NCBI GenBank assembly: GCA_948469065.1
Contig: CAOKKL010000002.1
Location: 1 to 40,922 of the forward strand
DNA length: 40,922 bases
Source of the DNA: an uncultured Mycoplasmatota bacterium
Lineage (GTDB): Bacteria > Bacillota_I > Bacilli_A > RF39 > UBA660
Reading direction: 5' to 3'
Made by a program: the position numbers and the translations under genes. The notes under the pieces were generated by a model. The model saw only the letters and a program-made list of their open reading frames with translations, was not told the DNA's origin and ran no database searches. Position 1 is the stretch's first letter, and each line of letters starts with the position of its first letter. This document shows positions 32,895-40,922 of this stretch, in pieces.

Positions 32895-35033
32895 TCATAT
32901 TCGTTTTACTCCTTTCACGAAATCTTTTTGTTCTAAATTCGAAATAAAACCATCCAATTCTTCTTTATTTTTTACTTTTATATTCATTTCATAAATAAGA
33001 TTTGTATTATCTTCTTTCGTTTTCACAGAATCAATATAAATATTTTTGGTAGTAGCACATGCAATAATATCAAGTAAATAATTTTTGCCAGGTAATACAA
33101 AGATTCGAAGTGTTGTATAATAATTTCCTTCTTTTTCTGCATTCCAACAAACATCAATAATTCGTTCTGTTTTTTCTTTGATATTGGGACAATTTTCTAA
33201 ATGAACACTTACCCCTTCTCCTTTGGTAACATATCCTTTAATGGCATCCCCACGAACTGGATGACAACATTTGGCAAGCGTTACTAAAATATTGCCATCT
33301 CCTGCCACAATAATTTCGCTTTTTTGGGGTTTTAATTGGATATTGCTAGAACGACTTACTTTTTCAATTAAAGCATCTTGAACATTTTTCTTATCTTCCA
33401 TGGTTAAGTTAATGATATAAATTGGAGTATAACGAAGTGTTCCTATTGCAAAATAAATTTCATTTAAATCATCTAATTTTAAATCTTTACAAACTTTTTT
33501 GATATTTTCATTATTTAAAACGTTTTCAAAAGAAAGTTTCTTTTTTCGAAGTGTACTTTCTAATATTTCTTTCCCTTTTTTAATGTAATTTTCTCTATCT
33601 TGCTTATTAAAATAAGATTTAATTTTATTCTTTGCTTGACTTGTTTTTACAAATTGCAACCATTCTTTGGATGGTGTACTTGTTTCTTTGGTATTAATTT
33701 TTACAATATCATGATCGGATAATTCATAATTTAGAGGAACAATTGCATCATTTACGATAGCTCCTACTACTTTATCACCAACGGCTGTATGGATGCGATA
33801 AGCAAAATCAACTGGTGTGGAACCTTTTGGAAGTTCTACTACATCCCCTTTCGGAGTAAAAACATAGATAAAATCGCTTAAAAAATCATTGGTAATTGTC
33901 GTCGCAAACTCTGTGTCATTTTTCTCTTCATTTGCTTCGATAAGACTACGAAAAACTTCTAATTTTTGCTCCATCATATTTTGGACTTTTTTCGTTCCTT
34001 TTTCTTTATAAGACCAATGAGAAGCAATTCCTTTTTCGGCAATTTCATCCATTTCCCAAGTTCGTATTTGAATTTCAAAACAATTTCCATCTACCCCAAA
34101 AACTCCAGTATGCAAACTTTGATACATATTTTCTTTTGGCATGGCAATATAATCTTTGAATCTTCCTGGCATAGGTCGATATTTGGCATGAATAAGTCCA
34201 ATGGCCGTATAACAATCACTTACTTTATCGACTATAATTCGTAAGGCTAAAATATCATAAATGTTGTTCCATTTTTTTCCATTGTTTAATTTGTTATATA
34301 TACTATGAACACTTTTTACTCGACTTTTAATATAAAAATGAATTCCATTTTCCATTAAAATATTACTAATGGAATCTTGCATTTCTTCTAAAACATCTTT
34401 TAATTCTTCTTCCGATGAACTTAATCTAGTCAAAATATCTTGATAAACATCTGGCTTTAAACAATAAAGAGACAAATTTTCCAATTCACTTTTGATCGAA
34501 TTGATTCCTAATCGACTAGCAATGGGTACTAACACACTCATTGTTTCATTTGCTTTTTGCTTTTGTTCTTGTAAATTTAAAAACGAAGCATTTCGAAGAG
34601 TATGTAACCGATCCGCTAATTTGATAAAAATTACTCGTACATCTTTGGCAAGGCCCACCAATACTTTTCTTAAATAAATGGCTGAAGATTCAGAATCATC
34701 GGGTAATTCTAGATGATTGATTTTACTAATGGAATCCACAATATCCGCAATCTCATTCCCAAAATATTCTTCTAATTCTTCTTTTGGAGTTTCCGTTTTA
34801 TTTAAAACTTCATGAAGCAAAGCTGCGCAAATTGTTGTAGAATCTACATGAAGATCCGTCAAAATAAAGGCAACGGATAAAGGGTGCAGAAAAAATTCTT
34901 TTTGAAATCTCATTTCTCCTTGATGCTTTTCTACGATATATTGATAAGCTTTCTTTATTTTAATGATTTCATCCATTTGCATAATGGGTTCTAACACTGA
35001 AATTAATTTTTCAATCGTTATTTTTTCTTCCAT
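32895..35033 (-). CDS. rel: bifunctional (p)ppGpp synthetase/hydrolase (RelA/SpoT homolog)
   Basis: 712 aa. HD hydrolase region (HPLSVAFIL...LHEVL), synthetase region (YIAMPKENMYQSLHTGV...EIQIRT), and TGS and ACT-like C-terminal domains. Confidence 0.93.
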   Translation of the reverse strand: MEEKITIEKLISVLEPIMQMDEIIKIKKAYQYIVEKHQGEMRFQKEFFLHPLSVAFILTDLHVDSTTICAALLHEVLNKTETPKEELEEYFGNEIADIVDSISKINHLELPDDSESSAIYLRKVLVGLAKDVRVIFIKLADRLHTLRNASFLNLQEQKQKANETMSVLVPIASRLGINSIKSELENLSLYCLKPDVYQDILTRLSSSEEELKDVLEEMQDSISNILMENGIHFYIKSRVKSVHSIYNKLNNGKKWNNIYDILALRIIVDKVSDCYTAIGLIHAKYRPMPGRFKDYIAMPKENMYQSLHTGVFGVDGNCFEIQIRTWEMDEIAEKGIASHWSYKEKGTKKVQNMMEQKLEVFRSLIEANEEKNDTEFATTITNDFLSDFIYVFTPKGDVVELPKGSTPVDFAYRIHTAVGDKVVGAIVNDAIVPLNYELSDHDIVKINTKETSTPSKEWLQFVKTSQAKNKIKSYFNKQDRENYIKKGKEILESTLRKKKLSFENVLNNENIKKVCKDLKLDDLNEIYFAIGTLRYTPIYIINLTMEDKKNVQDALIEKVSRSSNIQLKPQKSEIIVAGDGNILVTLAKCCHPVRGDAIKGYVTKGEGVSVHLENCPNIKEKTERIIDVCWNAEKEGNYYTTLRIFVLPGKNYLLDIIACATTKNIYIDSVKTKEDNTNLIYEMNIKVKNKEELDGFISNLEQKDFVKGVKRI

Positions 35034-35041
35034 ATTACATC

Positions 35042-35680
35042 CTACTTTTCTTTATAAAATATTTTACTTTTGATATCTTTTTCTAATAAATTGCAAAAAT
35101 TTATTGCATCTTTTATGTCACCTACCACGGTTAAATAATGGGTTGGAATGGCAAGTTTTGGATGAATTAAATTGGCAAGCTTTGAGGCTTCTTGATAATC
35201 CATGGTATAGGTTCCACCAACTGGTAAAAACAAGACATCAGCTTTTATGTTTTGATTTTCTTCAATGATATCTGTATCTCCAGCGATGTAATAAATGATT
35301 TCATCCATATTAAGTAAAAATCCCATCCAATTGTTTTGTTTTAAATGATGCTCTTTTAATCGATTGTAAGCTGGTATCGTTTGAAAACTCATCTTTTCAA
35401 AATAATAGGTTTCTCCGGGTTTTACCACTTTAATTTGTTCTTCTTTTACGCCAATATCTAGCAGTTCTTCAAAGATTTCTTTTGGAACAAAAAAGGAAGT
35501 TTCTTCTTTTCTAACCTTTAATAAATCAATCAAAGAAAAATGATCCCAATGGGGATGAGTTATAAAAACATAATCGGCATCATGAAAATTTTCTGGAATA
35601 TGAAAAGGATCAAAATAAATGGTGTAAGATCCATTAATTAATATGGAATTTTGAGCAAAAACATTAATTTTCGGATTCAT
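35042..35680 (-). CDS. MBL-fold metallo-hydrolase
   Basis: 212 aa. HxHxDH motif (ITHPHWDHF) and a downstream His/Asp pattern (GDTD, PTHY). Confidence 0.8.
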   Translation of the reverse strand: MNPKINVFAQNSILINGSYTIYFDPFHIPENFHDADYVFITHPHWDHFSLIDLLKVRKEETSFFVPKEIFEELLDIGVKEEQIKVVKPGETYYFEKMSFQTIPAYNRLKEHHLKQNNWMGFLLNMDEIIYYIAGDTDIIEENQNIKADVLFLPVGGTYTMDYQEASKLANLIHPKLAIPTHYLTVVGDIKDAINFCNLLEKDIKSKIFYKEK

Positions 35681-35927
35681 ATTTCGAACCTCTTTCTTTT
35701 CTCACATATTCGTCTATTTCAAAATTATCGGTATTTAAAATGTCATCTACTAAATCGGCTAATGTCAAATCATTGCCTTTTTTCCATTTTGTATGATAAA
35801 AAAAATTCCAAATATCTTTTTTTGTAATATAAATCATATGATTTTGATGCATTTCTAACTCTTTACTTTTTAAAGCTGGTATTAAACGTTCATAAAGACA
35901 ATCCAATGATGCAATTATTTCTTCCAT
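35664..35927 (-). CDS. ComN-like post-transcriptional regulator (YrzD family), tentative
   Basis: 87 aa. The pattern KKDIWNFFYHTKWKK...LADLVDDIL resembles Bacillus ComN. It neighbours a spoVB-like gene, as in B. subtilis. Confidence 0.5.
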   Translation of the reverse strand: MEEIIASLDCLYERLIPALKSKELEMHQNHMIYITKKDIWNFFYHTKWKKGNDLTLADLVDDILNTDNFEIDEYVRKERGSKYESEN

Positions 35928-35961
35928 ATATTCACCTGAAATCTAAAAATTATATATTACG

Positions 35962-35969
35962 CATACATT
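35962..35969 (+). promoter_or_regulatory. sigmaE-like -10 element (CATACATT) upstream of the spoVB-like gene
   Basis: CATACATT fits the mother-cell sigmaE -10 consensus CATACAnT and lies 40 nt before the ATG at 36009. The -35 element is not convincing. Confidence 0.3.
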
Positions 35970-36008
35970 TATTATATATCAAAGTATTTTTTTAGAAAAG
36001 GAGTAATC

Positions 36009-37307
36009 ATGAGGAAAAACAAATTTATTACATCTACTTTAATTTTAATGCTAGGAGGATTTATTACTAGAATATTAGGTTTTTTCATTAAAATTATGTA
36101 TACAAGGATCATTGGAGAAAATGGAGTTAGTTTATATTCCATTGTCATGCCAACTTATTCTCTTTTAATTACGATAGCATCTCTAAGTCTTCCAATCGCA
36201 ATTAGTAAAATGATTGCAGAACAAAAATTTAAAAGTTCTAAAATTTTATTTTCAGCTACTTTTATTATTTTATTTTTAAATATTTTACTGGTTACTTTTA
36301 TGTTTTTATCAAGTAAAATGATTGCAACCAATTTATTAAAAAATCCCGATTGCTATTATTTATTAATCGCCATGACTTTAACTCTTCCATTTATTAGTAT
36401 TTCTTCCATCTTAAGAGGTTATTTTTTCGGAAAACAGAAAATGGTTCCCAATACAATTTCAAATATTATTGAACAAATTGTCAAAATTATTTTAATTCTT
36501 TTAATCCTTCCAATTCTAATGAAAAAATCTATTTTCTTGGCAGTCATGGGACTAATTTTATTTAATATTGTTACTGAAATTGTCAGTATTATTACTTTTA
36601 TTTGTTTTGCTCCTAAAAAATTTACGATCAAAAAAGAGGATATTAAACCAAATAAAAAAACAATAAAAGAAGTATTTTCTATTTCGCTTCCTACGGTTTC
36701 TTCTCGATTTATAGGCAATATTGGATTCTTTTTTGAGCCAATTATTTTAACTAATTTGTTATTATTTTGTGGTTATTCCAATGAATATATTTTAAGAGAA
36801 TATGGTGCTTATAATGCTTATAGTATTGCGCTTTTAACAATGCCAAGTTTTTTTGTTGGAGCGGTTTGTTCTGCTTTAATACCCGAAATTAGTAAGTACT
36901 TAGGAATGCGAAATAAAACTATGATTAAACGTAGATTTTGGCAAGCACTTGGTTTTTCTTTATTAGTTGGCCTTTTCTTTTCCATTCTTATTTATTTTTA
37001 TAGAGAACCACTTTTAGAAATCGTTTATAATACAAATTTAGGATTAGATTATATTCGTATATTAGCTCCTTTTTTTGTTTTATTCTATTTGGAAGCACCA
37101 CTTATGAGTATGTTACAAGCTCTTGGTCATGCCAAAGAAACTATGAAAATTACTTTAATTGGAGAAATTATCAAATTGAGTTCTTTAACACTTCTTTGTT
37201 TTTGTCATATTGGCATGTATAGTTTGATTTATGCAGAAATCATTAATATTGTAGTTGTGGTAGGTTTCAATATTAAAAAAATTAGGAAATTTCTATTTTC
37301 TTCCTAA
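36009..37307 (+). CDS. spoVB: SpoVB-like MOP/MurJ-family flippase
   Basis: 432 aa and polytopic. The N-terminus FITSTLILMLGGFITRILGFFIKIMYTRIIGENGVSLYSIVMPTYSL...LPIAISKMIAE is collinear with B. subtilis SpoVB. It is shorter at the C-terminus. Confidence 0.65.
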   Translation: MRKNKFITSTLILMLGGFITRILGFFIKIMYTRIIGENGVSLYSIVMPTYSLLITIASLSLPIAISKMIAEQKFKSSKILFSATFIILFLNILLVTFMFLSSKMIATNLLKNPDCYYLLIAMTLTLPFISISSILRGYFFGKQKMVPNTISNIIEQIVKIILILLILPILMKKSIFLAVMGLILFNIVTEIVSIITFICFAPKKFTIKKEDIKPNKKTIKEVFSISLPTVSSRFIGNIGFFFEPIILTNLLLFCGYSNEYILREYGAYNAYSIALLTMPSFFVGAVCSALIPEISKYLGMRNKTMIKRRFWQALGFSLLVGLFFSILIYFYREPLLEIVYNTNLGLDYIRILAPFFVLFYLEAPLMSMLQALGHAKETMKITLIGEIIKLSSLTLLCFCHIGMYSLIYAEIINIVVVVGFNIKKIRKFLFSS

Positions 37308-37312
37308 TTTTT

Positions 37313-40255
37313 TTATGCATTTTCTAATTCTACACTTACAATTTTAGAGACACCTTGTTCTTGCATGGTAATTCCATATAGTGTATCTGCATATTCCATC
37401 GTTCTTTTTTTATGAGTAATTAATATAAATTCACTTTTCTCTTTTTTACTTTGTAAATATGCTCCAAAGGTATCGACATTTGCTTCATCTAAAGCAGCTT
37501 CTACTTCATCTAATATACAGAACGGAACAGGTTTTACGTTTAATATTGCAAACAGTAGAGAAATTGCTGTTAAAGTTTTTTCTCCTCCGCTTAAAAGCGC
37601 TATATTATTCAATTTTTTTCCAGGTGGCTCTGCTATAATATCTATTCCTGTTTCTAATAAATCATCTGGATTTGTCAATTTTAAGATACCATTTCCACCT
37701 TTAAATAGTTTTTTAAATACGCTACTAAATTCTCCACTTACTTTTTGAAAAGTTTCTTGGAATTTTTCTTTCATGATTTCATCCATTTCGGTAATTACTT
37801 TTTTTAAGTTATCACTACTTGCTTCCAAATCTTCTTTTTGACTTTTTAAAAATTGATATCTTTCATTTAATCGCTCGTATTCATCTATACTTCCTAAATT
37901 TACTTGTCCCAAAGCTTGCATTTCTTTTTTTAATCTTGCTACGGTTTCTTTTGCAAGCGAGTATTCCATTTCCAAAGGATAATCAATCAAAGCTTTTTCA
38001 AATGTAATGTTATAATTTTCACTTAAATTATTCAGTAAATTATCTAAAACTATATCCAATTTTCCTAATTTGATTTCTTTTTCTTTTAAGTTTTGTTCGG
38101 CTTTATTTTGAATACTAAATTTATCTTTGTTTTCTTTTTCAATCATTTCTATTTTAGAAATAATATCTTCTTTTGTTCCTTTTAAAATAGATAATTCTTT
38201 TTTTAAGATGTCAGCTTCTTTTTCGTAATTTTTTAACTCTTCTATAATCGTTAATAATTGTTTTTCTAAGGTATTTTCTAAAATTCCGGTAGTTCCTTCT
38301 AATTCTTTTGCTTTTTCATTTTTTCGCTTTTCTATTCGTTCTAAATTTTGTCGTTTTTGGCTTATTTCTTCTTCCAAATAGATGATTTTTTTATCGAAAT
38401 CATTTCGCGAATTTTCTAAATTTTCTATTTTGTTTTCGTAATTTTCTTCTTCTCTTTTCTTTTCTTCTAATTCTTTTTGAATCGTTTGATATTGATTTTT
38501 TTTCTTTTCTAGTTCTAATTTATCATTTAAAATACTATTATTTTTTTTATTGATACCACCTGTCATGGAACCACCACTATGAAGAATTTCTCCATCTAGC
38601 GTTACAATCCGGTATTTATAAGATATTTTTTTTCCTAAATTATTCATGGTATCCATATTATCTACAACTAAAATAGTTCCTAATTGGTTTTCAATGATAT
38701 TTTGATATTTTAAATCATAAGTAACTAAATCAGAAGCAATTCCCATAAAGCCTTTTATGGTTTTTAAATTGGTAATGATATTTGTTTCTATCATTCTTCC
38801 TTTGATGATATTTCGAGGAAAAAAAGTTGCTCTTCCTAAATGATTATCTTTTAAATATTGAATTGCTTTTTTTGCACAAGTTTCATTTTCTGTCACAATA
38901 AAATTATTACTAGAAGAAAGTGCTGTATCAATAGCAATCGCATATTCTTTTTCTGTTTCAATCAATTTTCCAATCGTACCATGGATTCCTTCTAATCTTG
39001 GATTATTTAAGATATTTTTTACGGCGATTGGCATTTTTGCATCTTGATTAATATTGTTTTCTAAAATTTCAATTTGATTTTTATAATTCCATTCTTCTTT
39101 TACTAATTCTCTTTTTTTATTGCTACAATTGATAAGTTTTACTCGAGTGATGGATATAGTTTCTTCTATACTCATTTGTTCTTTTTTTAAATTTTCATCC
39201 ATTTTTTCAAGATTTTTTAGTTCTAAATTACACAATTCTTTTTCTTTATCCAAATTTAAAACTTCTTCTTTTAGATTTAATAATCCTTCGTTTACTTTTT
39301 CTTTATCAATGGTATATTTTTGTCTTTCAAGTGTAATATCTTTTTCACTGTTCTTTTTTGCTGTTTCTTCTGTAATTTTTAAAATACAAGCATTTTTTTT
39401 CGCAATTTCTTCTTCTAATTTTAAATTTTCTAGCCGAAACTTTTCTAAATTACTTGTTTGTATCGACGAATTACTTTTTAATTCTAGAACTTCTTTTTCT
39501 AACGATTCTACTTCTTTTTTTAAGATTTGATATTCTTCATTTTTGTTTTTAATATCGGTTGCTAAAAAAGAAATTTCTAATTCTTCTAATTCATTTTTTA
39601 ATTCTAAATATCTTTTTGCAATTTCACTTTGTTTTTTTAAAGGTAGTACTGTAGTTTCTAATTCTTGAATCACTAATCCTACTTTTTCTAAATTATCTTT
39701 TGTTTTTTCTAATTTTCTTAGAGATTCATTTTTTCTTTTCTTATATTTTAAAACTCCAGCAGCTTCTTCAAAAATAACACGACGTTCTTCTGGTTTGCTA
39801 TTTACGACGGTTTCAATACTTCCTTGACTTATGATATTAAATGAATCAATTCCGGCACCACTATCTAAAAAAAGATCTGTAATATCTTTTAATCTTACTT
39901 TTGTATTGTTTAAATAATATTCATTTTCTCCACTTTGGTAAACAACTCGTTTGATTTCAATTTCGGTATAGTCACTTTTTAAGTAATGATCGCTATTGTC
40001 AAACGTTAAAATTACTTCTGCTCTTTTTTGTGGTTCTCTGGTTTTGCTACCTGCAAAAATACAATCTGTCATGGCACCAGTTCCACGTAATGATTTTACG
40101 GATTGCTCACCCAAAACCCATCGAACAGCATCGACTATATTACTTTTTCCAGAACCATTTGGACCTACAATTGCAGTAATATTGCTTTTGATTTCTATAT
40201 TGGTTTTATCTGCAAAAGATTTAAATCCATGGGCTTTAATACTTGTTAATTTCAT
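37313..40255 (-). CDS. smc: chromosome segregation protein SMC (short, 980 aa)
   Basis: Walker A GPNGSGKSN, hinge (GIHGTIGKLIETEKEYAIAIDTAL), signature LSGGEKTLTAISLLFA and Walker B FCILDEVEAALD. Confidence 0.93.
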   Translation of the reverse strand: MKLTSIKAHGFKSFADKTNIEIKSNITAIVGPNGSGKSNIVDAVRWVLGEQSVKSLRGTGAMTDCIFAGSKTREPQKRAEVILTFDNSDHYLKSDYTEIEIKRVVYQSGENEYYLNNTKVRLKDITDLFLDSGAGIDSFNIISQGSIETVVNSKPEERRVIFEEAAGVLKYKKRKNESLRKLEKTKDNLEKVGLVIQELETTVLPLKKQSEIAKRYLELKNELEELEISFLATDIKNKNEEYQILKKEVESLEKEVLELKSNSSIQTSNLEKFRLENLKLEEEIAKKNACILKITEETAKKNSEKDITLERQKYTIDKEKVNEGLLNLKEEVLNLDKEKELCNLELKNLEKMDENLKKEQMSIEETISITRVKLINCSNKKRELVKEEWNYKNQIEILENNINQDAKMPIAVKNILNNPRLEGIHGTIGKLIETEKEYAIAIDTALSSSNNFIVTENETCAKKAIQYLKDNHLGRATFFPRNIIKGRMIETNIITNLKTIKGFMGIASDLVTYDLKYQNIIENQLGTILVVDNMDTMNNLGKKISYKYRIVTLDGEILHSGGSMTGGINKKNNSILNDKLELEKKKNQYQTIQKELEEKKREEENYENKIENLENSRNDFDKKIIYLEEEISQKRQNLERIEKRKNEKAKELEGTTGILENTLEKQLLTIIEELKNYEKEADILKKELSILKGTKEDIISKIEMIEKENKDKFSIQNKAEQNLKEKEIKLGKLDIVLDNLLNNLSENYNITFEKALIDYPLEMEYSLAKETVARLKKEMQALGQVNLGSIDEYERLNERYQFLKSQKEDLEASSDNLKKVITEMDEIMKEKFQETFQKVSGEFSSVFKKLFKGGNGILKLTNPDDLLETGIDIIAEPPGKKLNNIALLSGGEKTLTAISLLFAILNVKPVPFCILDEVEAALDEANVDTFGAYLQSKKEKSEFILITHKKRTMEYADTLYGITMQEQGVSKIVSVELENA

Positions 40256-40908
40256 ACAACTCTCCCTGCGCTTTTTGTAATAGCATCATATGCAGCATTT
40301 TGTTCGGCTTCTTTTTTACTTTTTCCTACTCCAACACCATACACCATATCATCAATGCGAACTTCCATTTCAAATTTTTTATCATGTGCTGGGCCGGTTT
40401 CACGAATTAATTTATATTCTAATGATTTTTTATCGGTTTGAACCATTTCTTGTAAAATCGATTTATAATCAGATAAGAATTTGGTATCTTGTTTAATATA
40501 TGGAATGATAATATCGTCAATATATTTTTTAGCCGTTTCAAATCCTTGGTCTAAATAAATGGCTCCTAAAACCGCTTCAAATACATCTGCAATGATGGTA
40601 TCGTTTATGTTTTTCATTTGGCCATGTCCCACTCGAATATATTCTACTAATCCAATTTCTTTGGCATAGGTAGCTAAAGCTTTTTCACAGACAAAAGAAG
40701 CTCTTATTTTGCTCATGTCACCTTCTTGATAAGAGGTTTCTTTATAAAAGTAGTCGCTGGTAATTAACTCTAACACTGCATCTCCTAAAAATTCCAAGCG
40801 TTCATAGTTTTCACAATGATTTTCGTTGGAATAAGAACTGTGAGTAAAAGCAATCTCTAAAAGATTTTTATTTTTAATGTAAATATTTTTTTTTACTAGA
40901 AAATCCAT
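40252..40908 (-). CDS. rnc: ribonuclease III
   Basis: 218 aa. RNase III signature ERLEFLGDAVLE and a C-terminal dsRBD (GPAHDKKFEMEV...GVGKSKKEAEQNAA). Its stop overlaps the smc start. Confidence 0.93.
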   Translation of the reverse strand: MDFLVKKNIYIKNKNLLEIAFTHSSYSNENHCENYERLEFLGDAVLELITSDYFYKETSYQEGDMSKIRASFVCEKALATYAKEIGLVEYIRVGHGQMKNINDTIIADVFEAVLGAIYLDQGFETAKKYIDDIIIPYIKQDTKFLSDYKSILQEMVQTDKKSLEYKLIRETGPAHDKKFEMEVRIDDMVYGVGVGKSKKEAEQNAAYDAITKSAGRVV

Positions 40909-40922
40909 GATGAAACCTCTTT

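Noticed and set aside
1-40922. An alternative genetic code (TGA read as Trp, as in Mollicutes) was considered because of the extreme AT-richness and the short SMC.
   Set aside because: TGA terminates several well-delimited genes at their expected ends (HerA-like, yqeH, rel, CYTH, the recombinase). Trp is encoded by TGG within conserved motifs. The long ORFs are not interrupted under code 11.
1-40922. I looked for CRISPR arrays, tRNA or rRNA genes, IS elements and long tandem repeats.
   Set aside because: No intergenic region is longer than about 240 nt. None shows regularly spaced repeats, cloverleaf-like GC-rich segments or terminal inverted repeats with a transposase.

Overview
This is a very AT-rich chromosomal window from a low-GC Gram-positive organism with spore-former gene content. 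It uses the standard bacterial code: TGA acts as a stop and TGG encodes Trp. All calls come from reading the translations and the DNA by eye; no database search was possible.

Most of the window is housekeeping:
- a HerA-like ATPase followed by a truncated membrane protein
- a T-box-controlled operon (HisRS-like paralog, unknown protein, archaeal-type AspRS, AsnRS)
- miaA, an HExxH protein, two ABC exporter genes, mutL, a GNAT, yqeH and yqeG
- divIVA, sepF, a CYTH enzyme, rel, an MBL hydrolase, a ComN-like protein, a SpoVB-like flippase, smc and rnc

The stand-out feature is that the late mother-cell sigma factor gene sigK is split. The 5' segment lies at 28331..28652 and the 3' segment at 16368..16740, both on the minus strand. 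They are separated by a skin-like intervening element of about 11.6 kb, bounded by a 5-bp direct repeat (CATTT on the plus strand). A large serine recombinase gene ends exactly on one junction. Deleting the element restores an in-frame 229-aa pro-sigmaK.

The element does not look like a prophage remnant. Its backbone resembles a plasmid, an integrative mobilizable element (IME) or an actinomycete-type ICE (AICE): a Rep with an HUH nuclease plus SF3-helicase layout, a membrane-anchored FtsK/TraB-like translocase and several XRE regulators. Its only payload is a 4-gene operon of envelope proteins that I cannot assign to any family.

Other oddities:
- The element ends form a dyad-symmetric attP.
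- The recombinase stop codon is created by integration.
- An XRE HTH domain has no start codon.
- A CYTH gene has its EXEXK motif cut off by a frame break in an A6 run.
- A gene downstream of divIVA lacks a start codon and is interrupted by an in-frame TAG.
- The T-box specifier and discriminator signals point to tRNA-Asn rather than tRNA-His.
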